Virus record (IMG/VR): IMGVR_UViG_3300025921_000010
Length of the DNA: 64,000 nucleotides
Reading direction: 5' to 3' (one strand)
DNA from: an uncultured virus (IMG/VR IMGVR_UViG_3300025921_000010)
Taxonomy: Duplodnaviria; Heunggongvirae; Uroviricota; Caudoviricetes; Crassvirales
The notes beneath the pieces are model-generated. The model worked only from the letters and a program-made list of their open reading frames with translations. It had not been told where the DNA came from and made no database searches. Positions 39,314-49,906 of the stretch are shown piece by piece. How positions within the stretch are numbered: the first letter of the stretch is position 1; each line of letters starts with the position of its first letter. The position numbers were made by a program, and so were the translations under genes.

Positions 39314-39574
39314 TTATTTGTTTAATTCGTTAATTAAAGCATCTGCGTGTACAACGGAGGACACTACCAAACCCTGAATCCGAGGCAATAAGTCCTCTTT
39401 TTCTTCCCATCCATCAGGATTTCCATATTTAGCTAATAATCCCTGCATTGCCATTGCTGCAAACTGTTGGCGAATAGTTAGGCCTGGTTGGGACATTTCT
39501 GCCACTGGTATTCCGTCGCGATTGTAGTCCTCAATAATTGGCATTGCCGGCTCGTTTCCTGTTATCTTTTCCAT
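39314..39574 (-). CDS. conserved phage protein
   Basis: GLTIRQQFAAMAMQGLL...ADALI signature. Confidence 0.8.
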   Translation of the reverse strand: MEKITGNEPAMPIIEDYNRDGIPVAEMSQPGLTIRQQFAAMAMQGLLAKYGNPDGWEEKEDLLPRIQGLVVSSVVHADALINELNK

Positions 39575-40142
39575 GATTAAATGTGTGAAAATGCGTTTTG
39601 AAATATTTTACCCATCCTGTCGTAGAGATTCTTCTCTATGATGTAGTCGTATAAATCTTCTTTGATTTTATAGCTTGAATTTTCTATGAAGTAATCTTCT
39701 ACTGGCAGGGTTCCGGTTTCTTGAACTGCCTCACCTGAATAATCGGCATAATCAGAAATCCATTCTAAACGACCGTCTTTTTCGAGCCATTTTTCAAACT
39801 TGTCACGGTCAATAAAAATAGTTTTCTCTTCGCCGTTCTTTAAAGTGAATACTTCTATTTCAGAATCGTATTCGTTGTATTCATCTATTTGAAATTGTTT
39901 ATCTTTGCTGCTCATGATTCTTAGTTTTTAGATTTTACCGGCCTTGTTCATAGCAAGGCTCTTTTTATTTAGGTTCTTATAGAAATTTATTTTTCTCTTT
40001 TGGATCATGATTGCGACCGGAGAAACTTTTTCTTTTTTTACTATTTTCATCATCCTCCTACCCTTCGCTGCTTCATTTAATATGGTCTTTGCCAGTGCTT
40101 CCATATTGTCTAAGTATTCTGATATTTTTTCTTCGTCAATCA

Positions 40143-40379
40143 TTAATGTGTAGCAGTTAGTTTGTTTAGAAGTTTTTTTGTACTTTGTTCTCTGATTGAG
40201 ATTATTTCCACGGCTTCTTTAACAATATCCTCATTAAAATCATCGTTGGATAGACTTAGTACTCTTCCAACATGCTCCCGTGAAAAACTTGTTTTTCCTG
40301 CTATTATTCCAATATCTCCATGACGTAATCCCGCCTGTATCATTTCTAATAGTCTTATTTGCGTTTCGTTGAGTGCCAT
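40143..40379 (-). CDS. Cro-like HTH regulator
   Basis: first gene of the leftward arm, divergent from a repressor-like gene; HTH-like segment. Confidence 0.6.
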   Translation of the reverse strand: MALNETQIRLLEMIQAGLRHGDIGIIAGKTSFSREHVGRVLSLSNDDFNEDIVKEAVEIISIREQSTKKLLNKLTATH

Positions 40380-40410
40380 TTTATTATATATTTGCGTCTT
40401 AATTACATCA

Positions 40411-40505
40411 CAAATGTATAATACATTTTTTGTTTTACAAAACATTTTTTGATTTGTTTTGTCATTTTATTGTAAAATTTAAAACAATACATGTTTTATA
40501 AAATA
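40411..40505. promoter_or_regulatory. cI/cro intergenic switch
   Basis: minus-strand TTTG-N19-TACATTTG; palindrome TGTTTTACAAAACA 40431-40444 and related TGTTTTATAAAATA 40492-40505. Confidence 0.65.
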
Positions 40506-40928
40506 TTAAAAATGGATAAGAATAAAGAAATTTTACTTGAGCTTTTCGAGGAAGCTAAAAAGCAAAGAATCGTGCTTAATCAAGCAGAGTTTGCAAAGGC
40601 TGTAGGAAAGAGTAGGTCTCACCTATTTAAGAATATGAAGGAAATACCGAATGATATCATACAAAAAGCCAGGGACTTGCTTAAAACAAAAAATGTTTCG
40701 TCTGAAACTATAAATAAGAACGCCTATGCTGGCGAGGAAATTGGAAAGCTAATAATACAAGACCTGAAATTTCAGGCAATGTATAATATTATGATGCCTG
40801 CTTTTGTTGATATTTCGGCAAAGGTTCAAGGGAAAGAATTTTCTCAAGTTTACAAAGGGCTTGTTCGTGCGATAGATGAAGAATTCGAGAATTTAAAGAG
40901 AGAGTTAAAGGAACAGGAACTTTCTTAG
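40491..40928 (+). CDS. CI-like repressor (HTH)
   Basis: NQAEFAKAVGKSRSHL HTH; located between the cro-like gene and the integrase. Confidence 0.65.
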   Translation: MFYKILKMDKNKEILLELFEEAKKQRIVLNQAEFAKAVGKSRSHLFKNMKEIPNDIIQKARDLLKTKNVSSETINKNAYAGEEIGKLIIQDLKFQAMYNIMMPAFVDISAKVQGKEFSQVYKGLVRAIDEEFENLKRELKEQELS

Positions 40929-41021
40929 CAGGTTTTTTAATATTTTTTTTTCTCATAAAAAGGTTGTTGTTAAATAGTTAGCAAATTACTAATTGTATTA
41001 GTAAATACAAAATAAAAAAAG

Positions 41022-41168
41022 ACGTGAGACAATTTTATATGAGGCCAAAGAGGTACTCGAATACCTGCAATCCAACATAGTAAAAAGCCCACGCCTTTAA
41101 AACGTGAGCGCATTACTCTTTTAGATTGATTAAATTTTCGAGTTTTCTTTGGCCTAAAAGTTCAACGC
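41022..41168 (-). ncRNA. structured RNA candidate, C4-antisense-like
   Basis: nested stems AGGCCAAAGA/TCTTTGGCCT, ACTCGAA/TTCGAGT, GCCCACG/CGTGAGC. Confidence 0.45.
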
Positions 41169-41257
41169 ATTTGCAAAGTAGAAAAAGATTTTTATCAATA
41201 AAACAATCTAAAAATATATTTTTTGCAGTCATGTATAACTATCAAAAAAAGAAACTC

Positions 41258-41507
41258 CAAAAGTTCAAACAAAAGTTCAAACAAAATGGCCCAAAAAACA
41301 CGCAAAAATGAAGAAAATAAAAAATCGTGATATTGATTATCAATAAGTTAGATAAATAAAATGCACTACCTGCAGCTTCCCAAGCTGTAGGTAGCGGGTT
41401 CGAGTCCCGTCTTCCGCTCTTTTTAAACTCAATACCAGCAAGGATTTTAGGAAAATAAAAGAAATTAAAAAATGAAAAAAATATCAAACTCAAACAAAAG
41501 TTCAAAC
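41258..41507 (+). other. attP with a tRNA-Gly(CCC) 3'-half core (about 41372-41419)
   Basis: GCAGC-TTCCCAA-GCTGT anticodon arm, GGTTCGAGTCC T-arm, no 5' half; CAAAAGTTCAAAC arm repeats on both sides; IHF-like TATCAATAAGTTA 41338-41350. Confidence 0.85.
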
Positions 41508-42665
41508 GAAAAACTTCCTAATAATTGTTCAATTGACGGTTTTAAAATCGCTCCTGCGGATCTTTCAATGGATAAAAAGTGGTTTGTTTATTATACTTTT
41601 TATGATCCGGAATATCCAAACGGTTTTCGCCGGCAAATCAGAGGTGGGATAAATCGTTTTAAGAACTTTAAGGTTCGCAAAGAAGCGGCAGAGGAATTAA
41701 TGAAGCACGAAATGGCTGAATTAACGGAAGGGTTCAATCCATTTAAGAGAAAACTTATTGTGCCTGCTGACGCGGATGTAATCCCCGACACTCCTTTTAT
41801 TCAGGCGTTGCAAATTGCCTTTAAGAAAATTAAAGGTGTAAAAGGTACTCTGGTAGATATTCAAAGTGTCATCAAAGGGACTGCTGAGGCGGCCGAAAAA
41901 TTAGGAATTGATCAATTGCCGGTTAAAAATGTCTCACGGAAATATTTTAAAATGATTTTTAAACAATGTAAACAGGATAACCCGAAGTTTTCAGATAACC
42001 GGCAAAACGTTTACCGTAAATGGCTCAAAAAACTTTACGATGAATTAATAGAAATGGAGGCGGTAGAGGTGAATCCTTTAGTCTTTATCCGGAAAGAAAA
42101 AATAGTAAAGAAAAAAAGAGTGATGCCCACCGATGAACAAAGGGAGCAAATCAGTAAATACTTAAAAGAGAACTTTTATAATTTTTGGAGGGCAATACAA
42201 ATATTTTTTGCTTCCGGTTCCCGGGAAACTGAATTAATGAACGTGAAAATAAAAGATATTGATCTGAAAAATCAGCAATGCAAATACTTGGTCTTAAAAG
42301 GCAAAGAGGCGCACGAAGTAACCAGGCCAATAAGTGACGCTGTTTTGTACTTGTGGGAAGAATTGAAAGGCGAAGATGAAGATTATTTATTTTCGTATGA
42401 CCTGACACCAGGAGCGAATAAATTAAGTACCGAAGCATTATCTAAACGCTGGAAACGGCACGTAAAAAAAGAATTAGGAATAAATGTTGATCTGTATGCT
42501 CTCAAATATCTGAATACTACCGAAATAATGGAAATTCTGGATGATACCAAAGAAGCGATGAAATTAACGGCCCATACAACAGAGGCGATGATCGTAAAAA
42601 TTTACGACACGAAAAACAAACAAAGAAAAGATGATAAGATAAAAAAAGTGGGAAGTACTTTTTAA
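41472..42665 (+). CDS. int: tyrosine integrase
   Basis: SGSRETE, VLKGK, LYALKY, TAHTT, KIYD; adjacent to attP. Confidence 0.88.
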   Translation: MKKISNSNKSSNEKLPNNCSIDGFKIAPADLSMDKKWFVYYTFYDPEYPNGFRRQIRGGINRFKNFKVRKEAAEELMKHEMAELTEGFNPFKRKLIVPADADVIPDTPFIQALQIAFKKIKGVKGTLVDIQSVIKGTAEAAEKLGIDQLPVKNVSRKYFKMIFKQCKQDNPKFSDNRQNVYRKWLKKLYDELIEMEAVEVNPLVFIRKEKIVKKKRVMPTDEQREQISKYLKENFYNFWRAIQIFFASGSRETELMNVKIKDIDLKNQQCKYLVLKGKEAHEVTRPISDAVLYLWEELKGEDEDYLFSYDLTPGANKLSTEALSKRWKRHVKKELGINVDLYALKYLNTTEIMEILDDTKEAMKLTAHTTEAMIVKIYDTKNKQRKDDKIKKVGSTF

Positions 42666-42674
42666 AACACAAAT

Positions 42675-42875
42675 ATGAAAGCCGTTTGCAAGCGATTTAA
42701 AGAGATAAGATTAGAGGCTGGATTAACTCAGCCTCAATACGCGAAGAAATTAAAGATCACTCGTGTATCTGTAAATGCTATTGAGAATTTTAGGTATGCG
42801 CCCAAAATAGAAACAATCAAACGAATTAAAAAAGTATTCGGAAAATCTTATGATTATATTATAGAAGGAAAATAA
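42675..42875 (+). CDS. XRE-family HTH regulator
   Basis: RLEAGLTQPQYAKKLKITRVSVNAIEN. Confidence 0.88.
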   Translation: MKAVCKRFKEIRLEAGLTQPQYAKKLKITRVSVNAIENFRYAPKIETIKRIKKVFGKSYDYIIEGK

Positions 42876-42906
42876 TTTGTTTATAACGATACATTATGTA
42901 TCTTTA
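42876..42906 (+). promoter_or_regulatory. promoter with a single GATACA-N3-TGTATC palindrome
   Basis: TTTG-N19-TATCTTTA; palindrome 42888-42902. Confidence 0.7.
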
Positions 42907-42924
42907 CTTTCACAATTGCTCTCC

Positions 42925-43260
42925 ATGAGATTTGATTACGGGCGTGGGCTGCTAATTACGAAAGATGAAACATTTAACCTTGATGACCTCCGGGAATACC
43001 TCCTGCACCACGCTAAAAAAATCTGCTCTACTTATTTTATAGGAACTTTTTTTCGTCCTGGTGTAACGGTTGAGGATTCTGTAACGGTCATTAACGGCAT
43101 CAGTTTCAAGAAAAGAGAAATAAACCTTACAGGACAATATGTGAATACCTACGATTGGGATGCAATATTTTTTCAAGCCTTAAAAACTAACTTAATCCAA
43201 GATTTTATCAATGACTATTCAAGAGATCGAAAAAGCGGTGCTGAGACAGTTGCCGTTTAG
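42925..43260 (+). CDS. hypothetical protein
   Basis: ATG 42925 downstream of the promoter. Confidence 0.55.
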   Translation: MRFDYGRGLLITKDETFNLDDLREYLLHHAKKICSTYFIGTFFRPGVTVEDSVTVINGISFKKREINLTGQYVNTYDWDAIFFQALKTNLIQDFINDYSRDRKSGAETVAV

Positions 43261-43741
43261 AAAACAACACTTACCACCTGCGGGACAGGTTACAAAAGAT
43301 TTTTCACCGGAAAATATACTCGTAATTATTTGTGGGTTAGCCAGTATCTACGTGACAGATCCCCGAAAGAAAATAATTGAATTTTACGACATTAAGCCAC
43401 GAGTATATGATAATTATATTCGGGAGTTTTACGCCCATATGGATAGGGTTAAAGAACTTTTTGAAAGCTACGGCGTAAGGTCAAAGATGTACAAAGACTT
43501 TAGTGAGGCGTTTTGGGAGAAACACAACACAGATTATATGGGAGAAAAATACAAATGTGGTCTTATATTGAGCCACATTTTAAGTTCCAAGAGAGAATTT
43601 CGGGAACTGGTGAAGAAAGGAATTTTTAAAGAAGGCGATTTTACTTCCTTTTTTGTATATAACAAGTCTCAGTTAACTAAAAACTTCCTTAATCTCTACT
43701 CTAAGAAGCATTATGTTGACTTTTTAGAGATGGCTTATTAG
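43211..43741 (+). CDS. hypothetical protein
   Basis: 176 aa ORF. Confidence 0.6.
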   Translation: MTIQEIEKAVLRQLPFRKQHLPPAGQVTKDFSPENILVIICGLASIYVTDPRKKIIEFYDIKPRVYDNYIREFYAHMDRVKELFESYGVRSKMYKDFSEAFWEKHNTDYMGEKYKCGLILSHILSSKREFRELVKKGIFKEGDFTSFFVYNKSQLTKNFLNLYSKKHYVDFLEMAY

Positions 43742-44000
43742 GCCGGTACTTCAAGAATTTAACTTTCGGAACAATACCCATAGCTCTACACACTTTGATA
43801 TAAGTACCCATCTTAAAGTTTCCTCCGGTCTCAATTTCGCTAATTACTTTCTGGCTCACTCCGGCTTTCTTTACAAGTCCAAGCTGCGAAAGTTTCTTTT
43901 CAGCACGTTGTTGTTTAAGGGCTTCCGTGAAGTGTTTAATAGCTTCTTTTGTTTCGAGGTCGTCCTCTTGTTTTTCGGGATCGTCAAATACTGAGTTCAT
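43701..44000 (-). CDS. XRE-family HTH regulator
   Basis: LSQLGLVKKAGVSQKVISEIETG. Confidence 0.85.
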   Translation of the reverse strand: MNSVFDDPEKQEDDLETKEAIKHFTEALKQQRAEKKLSQLGLVKKAGVSQKVISEIETGGNFKMGTYIKVCRAMGIVPKVKFLKYRPNKPSLKSQHNAS

Positions 44001-44334
44001 ATTTTTTAAATTTACTTTGATTAGGTTTTATGTGTCGTTCATAGTACCATTCTGCCATTTCTTGTACCATCTTAACTAAATTTCCGGTTCCTTCTGCTGA
44101 TATGTAAATTTTACCTTCCATGCTGCCCGCTAAGATAATTAAAATTGAATATCCGCTTACCTGTTTAACTATCCATAACTTCTTATCGTTGTTGAGCGCA
44201 CTCACTAAATCCATTTGATTGCCGAACTTTACTATTCTCGCAAAGTGGTAAGGTCTTTCTTCACCGTGAAGGATATAACCGCAACCTGGCAAGTCGGTAT
44301 CAGATTGAACGAAAGAGAATTTAGGGAGTTTCAT
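43984..44334 (-). CDS. hypothetical protein (paralogue of 44538-44858)
   Basis: shared PGxGxIL, GYSxxI, MAxxY motifs. Confidence 0.65.
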   Translation of the reverse strand: MKLPKFSFVQSDTDLPGCGYILHGEERPYHFARIVKFGNQMDLVSALNNDKKLWIVKQVSGYSILIILAGSMEGKIYISAEGTGNLVKMVQEMAEWYYERHIKPNQSKFKKYELSI

Positions 44335-44537
44335 TGGTATTATTAATATAAATGTCTGCGGAAGATGCTGTTACTGAACGTAGTCTTATCGTTCCTTTCC
44401 CTTCGTCTAAATCTTTTTTACTTCCATAAAAGTCTGTAACAACAAAAAATTCTTCTTCCAGTTTATCAGCTCGCTTTATTGAAAGCACATTACCTACACA
44501 TAACCGGAATGTGTGTGAAGTTTTGATAGTTGTCATT

Positions 44538-44858
44538 TTAAATCCTGTACCTCCTGAATCTCGGTTCATATTTTTCAATTTTAAATTTTAAATAATAGTT
44601 AGCCATCCTATTTAACATAATTCTTTCATCCTCTACCCTTTCATTTAACAGGCTTCCGGCTCTTAATATTACCACGCTGTACCCTTCGCAATTCGATAAT
44701 TCACTTTTTTCACGGATAGAAAGATTATTATATTGTTCAGCCTCCATTTTTATCACTCTGCCGATATAAAACGGTGGTGAAGTGCTAAGTATAAAACCGG
44801 CTCCGGGAATACTTTCTGTGGCTTCTACAAAAATAAACGGCTCTTTATCAAAAATCAT
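44538..44858 (-). CDS. hypothetical protein (paralogue of 43984-44334)
   Basis: shared motifs with 43984-44334. Confidence 0.65.
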   Translation of the reverse strand: MIFDKEPFIFVEATESIPGAGFILSTSPPFYIGRVIKMEAEQYNNLSIREKSELSNCEGYSVVILRAGSLLNERVEDERIMLNRMANYYLKFKIEKYEPRFRRYRI

Positions 44859-45343
44859 AACGTAAAGGTATTAAAAATGTGTGGTATTTGTTTGTTTACT
44901 GTGCAATGCCATTGCCCCAAACTATTGATTTGTACTTGCTTTCGATTTTGCTGTGTAAAGCGTTTGAAACTTCCATCTTATTTCCAAGTGCTTCGTTCAC
45001 ACATTCGGCAGCAAATCTTTTTGCAACATCTGCTGCATACATTTGCATTAATTCTTCGGTAGTCATATTCTCTTTAATTGAATTGTAAAATTCTTTTGCT
45101 GTTTTTAATTGATAAATTCTCATTTTATTTTATATTTTATTGTTTAAATTAACGGTTAATTTATTAAATCGAGGTATGCGAACTTGTACATACTGTCATC
45201 GGACGTGTGTATTTCTGATGCTGTTTTAAGTGCTAATTCTTCGGAATCTCCAAGTTTTACTAAACTTATGAAAACTTTTAGCTGTTCAGGGTTTAACTTT
45301 TTGATTTCTGTTGATAAATCTTTCATTGTTTCTAATTTATAGT

Positions 45344-46402
45344 TTAAAATAATAATTTCAATTCTTGTTTTACTTCCTGCGGTAATGAGATAGTTACCGG
45401 CATATCAATATTAAAGAAGTCGTGGTTTGCTATCTTAATTGCTGATTGCATTGAATTAGACCTGATATACCGATAAAAGGATGTTGTTGTTTTGTGGCCT
45501 GTTATCATCATTATATCCCTTTCTGATAATCCCGATAAATGCGCATTAGTCGCAAATGTTCTCCTGGCTGTGTGGCTGCTCATTAAATCACATTTTGGAA
45601 TTAGTGTGTCTATTCGCTTTCCTCCTTCAGTTCTTGTAAAGACTATTTTTTCAGTTATTCCGGCGCGTCTGGCAATTTCTTTTATCGCTTCGTTGTAGTA
45701 CTGGTAAGAGAAGATCTCCCCGAAGTTCCACTGGTAACGCTCACAAACCTGTTTAACTGTTCGTGAAATGGGGATGAAAACTATTTCACCTGTCTTTTGT
45801 GTTTTGATCTCAAAATAAAGTTTGCCGCCCATTTCTCTGAGGTAGTTTTTAGGTTCTGCAAGTATTAAAGCCAAATCGCTGTACCTAAGTCCTAAAAAGC
45901 AATGTAAGACGTAAATATCCCTCACTCTGTCATAGCCTGGTGTGTCTGCAAAGTCAGCTTCTAACAAGATTTTAATTTCTTCAATGGTGTTAAATACTGC
46001 TGTGGTTTCTTCCGTTGCTGCGCGGATGCCTGAACCATCAAAGTTAGTTTTCCCTTCATTTTTTAACCGGCGCAATACTGCTTTTATGCGTTGTAAAGTT
46101 CCCGCAATAGTGTTTTTAGAATACTCTTTATCCATCATCCAAATATTAAAATCTGTCGCCCATTTGATGCTAATATCTTCTAAGAATATCGTTTCAGTTT
46201 CTTGCTCAAACAGTTTTAAGATTTTAATATCTGTGGCGTAATTTTTAGACGTATTAGGGCTGTATTTGTTCCCATCCGGTGTAAGTACCTTGCCGCCCTC
46301 TATTTGTTCCTTAATAGCTTTAAATAGCGGTACAAATTCGGTTCCCTGTTTAACTGTCGGTTGAACGGTTGGAATGTTTGCGGTACTGGTTGAGTAAAAC
46401 AT
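45344..46402 (-). CDS. second tyrosine recombinase (Bacteroidota type)
   Basis: LGLRYSD, KTQKT, SSHTARRTFAT, TGHKT, FYRYI. Confidence 0.92.
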   Translation of the reverse strand: MFYSTSTANIPTVQPTVKQGTEFVPLFKAIKEQIEGGKVLTPDGNKYSPNTSKNYATDIKILKLFEQETETIFLEDISIKWATDFNIWMMDKEYSKNTIAGTLQRIKAVLRRLKNEGKTNFDGSGIRAATEETTAVFNTIEEIKILLEADFADTPGYDRVRDIYVLHCFLGLRYSDLALILAEPKNYLREMGGKLYFEIKTQKTGEIVFIPISRTVKQVCERYQWNFGEIFSYQYYNEAIKEIARRAGITEKIVFTRTEGGKRIDTLIPKCDLMSSHTARRTFATNAHLSGLSERDIMMITGHKTTTSFYRYIRSNSMQSAIKIANHDFFNIDMPVTISLPQEVKQELKLLF

Positions 46403-46412
46403 GGCTTTTAGT

Positions 46413-49400
46413 TTAATAAATTCTAAATCCAGTCATTTGTAAAAGGTAATAAGAAACGGAGCTATTTCTAAAGTTTAAATATTCTGAACCCAAATCTTCT
46501 ACTATCTCATAGAAGTCCGGCGAATAATTACCCTCTTTCCTATCTGTTTCTTCATATTCTTTTAAAATTCTGATAGCGTCTTCAAGAGTTAGGTTATTTT
46601 CAATAACATTTCCTGCTTCTTTGTCTTGAATTTTGTACTTTTTTTCGTTGTTCATGATTTTAGTTTTTTAGTTTGAGAAGATTATACCAATTAGTAAAAA
46701 AGTTATTACAGTTACTATTGCGGAAATTATTTCAATGTTGCTGTAAGTGTTTTTAAAATACCTCTTTCTTCCGTTAATTATTCTTATCATAGTATTTGCC
46801 ATTGGTTGGGCTGCTTAGGCTTGCAGGGGTTAAATGATTAAAATTGCTCCCAAGTTTCATCAAACAGTTTTATTGCCTCATCCTCTTTTGTTTTATTCCT
46901 GATAGCATTATAAAGAGCTAAGGCAATATCTTTCCAATCAACCAAAGTCCACCATCCATACATTTCTTTTTCATTGTTTTTACCGTAAGAAATACAAAGT
47001 TCTCCACTTGTAAATCCCTTTGCGATATAAGATTCAAGATGCTCAATAGTTGAATCATCCAGTTCTTTGACTTTATTGTCATATACCCACCATGAAATAT
47101 CATGTTCTAAAACTTGGGTAATATGTTTTTCTGTTTTTCCGTTTTTGGTTTTTTGAGTTGTCATGATTTTTATTTTTAAGATTTAATAAATACTGTTGCT
47201 AAGTTTTTAGAATAAAGGAGTTTAGTATAGTTTTTATGGGTGCGCTCAATCTCTTTTATTATTTCTTCATCTGTCATGGATCTGAACTGAGGTTTGTAAA
47301 CTTGTTCGGTTTGCGGCGGCTTTTCAGTCCATTTAATGTGAATAAGTTTCATGAGGCCTCGTTTTCTTCATACATGAATTTATGCCCAAAATTTCTCATA
47401 AAAGCATTATGTTCAAATGAATTAGAACAATAAATATTATTCTCGTTCTTCATTTTATCTACTGCTTTGTATGATCGGTATAGTTCTAATTGCTTTTCTT
47501 CTGGCATTGCTTTTACTTCTGATACCAATTTAATTTCTCTTTCTTTTAAACTTTCTGAGGTGTGGCCTCCTGGATTAAATGTTTGCCCTGTCATTCTGGA
47601 TTTATTTTGCAAGCGTTGAATTTTTATTTCTCTTGCTATTGACATTTTTCTCATAATTACTTTTTTAGATTGTGAATTAATTTGAAGATGTAAATTGCCC
47701 ATTCATTAAATGTTAATTGTTCCGGTGGTTGTGTTGTTTTCATTTATTGCGATTTTTGGGTGCGCCTCCCTGGTTAATTAAAAAAAATGTTTATATTGCT
47801 GCCGAATCGTTGGAAGATTGCCGGTTTTTATTCGGCTTTCCTCCGTTGTGATTTGCCGGTTGCCCGGCGTTGGTTCGATTGATTAGAAAATATTAAGAAT
47901 TCATTTGTTCAAGTTCCGCATCAAACGGCTCATTGTCAATCCAGTTATCACGAAATTCAGGAGTGTAATTTTCAGGCTTTTCTTTGCCCTCGTGGTAAGT
48001 GGCTATTACTTTTGCATCCCAATTATCCCATGCCCAACGGATATTTTCGTCTGCCTGGGCGGCTAAACTACCATCATTTACATGGTTGCAATTAGCCAGT
48101 TCATTTTTTAATTCTTCTCTTAATTCTTGTACTTTTTTCATTTTAATAATTTTTTGATTTGAATAATAATTTTACAATCCTTCTTTTAGTGGATAAATTC
48201 CTTTGCCGGTTGCCCGGCGTTGGTGCGATTAATAAGTTTTTATAGTGCATCTATTATTTCCGCATTAAGAATATCGTTATTTGTGAAATCTTCATCAGTA
48301 TTGAGGTCAAGAACAGCCTTCTTAAATCCTGTCGCTTCGTTTAAAATCTTTTGAGCACTTTCCCAAGTTTGAAGATTCCCATCCACAAAATCAAATAATT
48401 CTTGTTCAGAAATTACACCGCTGTTTACTAATTCAATTGCTTTCATTTTAATAATTTTTAGATTGTTAAATAATTCCTCAACGGTGCGATTAGAAAAACC
48501 GTTCATATTTAACCCACTGTTAAGAGAACGGCGAACCTGAAATTAGTTTTTAAGATTTTGAGTAAAAAAAGATGTAGGTATGCCATTTTTGTTCATTAGC
48601 TGCAAAGTTTTAGAAGCAATGAACGGGAACCAATTAGAAAGAATTTTATCTTCTTCCTTTGCGCTCATTGTTTCCGGTAAGTTACCGAAGGATTTAGCAG
48701 CCTCTAAAATATCGCAATAGTTAAAGGCAATATTAAAACATGAAGGTAAACCGCTAATCCATTCTGTTAATACATTTTGAACGCTGCCGAATCTTTTAAA
48801 ATTAGCTGTGTAGCAATATTCACTTTTAAAGGTTGTAGCAAGGAATAACAGTTTTTGTTGTTCTGTTTCAGGTGTGCGTTCGTAGCCTTCGCCATCAATA
48901 GCATTTAAAATGTACTGATTGATTTTTGCTTTTACTTTGCTGTTTGCTGTTGTCATTTTTAACCTGGTGTTTTAAATGCTTTTATTCCAGTAGCATTTTT
49001 TTAGTTAGTGCTGCAATTTAATTCGATTAACGGCGTAATTTTCACCGATTGCAGCGGGGGGAGTTAATTATATTTTAAATACAATGGTGAATATTTTAAA
49101 TTAATGCTATCAGCGTATACTTTTGCATCATCCTTATTCAGAAATGCGCAAATAGCTGTTTGTTTATTTTGTAGCCTGTCCTCAACCTCAACACAATAGC
49201 AACCTGTTTTCACAAAGCCAAATTTTTCTGAATTGTTGGAAGTCGGGTAAGCGTATTCTATTGTTTTAAAATATCTGTGCGGGTTCTGCAATGCTATATT
49301 TAATATATTTTTTGTCATGGCAATAATATTTAAAAGTGAGCAATATAAACTCCGTTAGAAAATACTGTAAAACATAAGATCATAGTAATTATTGCTACTG

Positions 49401-49730
49401 CTAAAATAGCCGGAATAATTACATCGAAAGGGTTTTGTTTGGCTGTGTTGATTATCTTTTTCATGTTTGTTGTTGCGCCTGTTGTGTTCTGCGCATGAAC
49501 TTTTGATTTATGAATTATTTGATAAACAAATTAGAATCAGTTGGTAAATTTTCTATTTTTGGTGGCTTAACTGTTAGTTCGTTGGTGAAATAATACCCAT
49601 CCAACGTTTTATCCCTCTTATTATCTGTATATCCTTCACAATATGTTTCTACGATTGACGGATAGTAAATAGGTGAAAGGTATTGATTGCCTTCTAAGGC
49701 GACTGTTGTTAATTTTAATTTTGTTTTCAT
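46413..49730 (-). other. cluster of small hypothetical early-type CDSs with long spacers
   Basis: ORFs 46413-46655, 46838-47164, 47349-47702, 47893-48141, 48240-48506, 48543-48956, 49064-49318, 49515-49730. Confidence 0.6.
47852..48230 (-). repeat. two copies of a 29-bp intergenic hairpin repeat (47852-47880, 48202-48230)
   Basis: minus strand GCCGG-GCAA-CCGGC; one mismatch between the copies. Confidence 0.8.
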
Positions 49731-49890
49731 GACTTTATTTTTTAAAAATGAAATTGATCTTTATTATTATTTAAATGTTGTTTGTGTGCTATGCTTACAA
49801 GAGCAATCAAGGAGAAAAGGAAAGTTGATATTATTGCTGTTATCATTTATTGCGCTTGTTTTATTGGTGCGCTTCCTGTTATACTATAAT

Positions 49891-49906
49891 TCAAATAGCG
49901 TGCCAA
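49891..49906 (-). promoter_or_regulatory. sigma54-like -24/-12 promoter
   Basis: minus strand TTGGCACGCTATTTGA (GG-N10-GA). Confidence 0.5.

Noticed and set aside
41372..41419. Functional tRNA-Gly gene
   Set aside because: The 5' half is absent; it is better explained as the attP core
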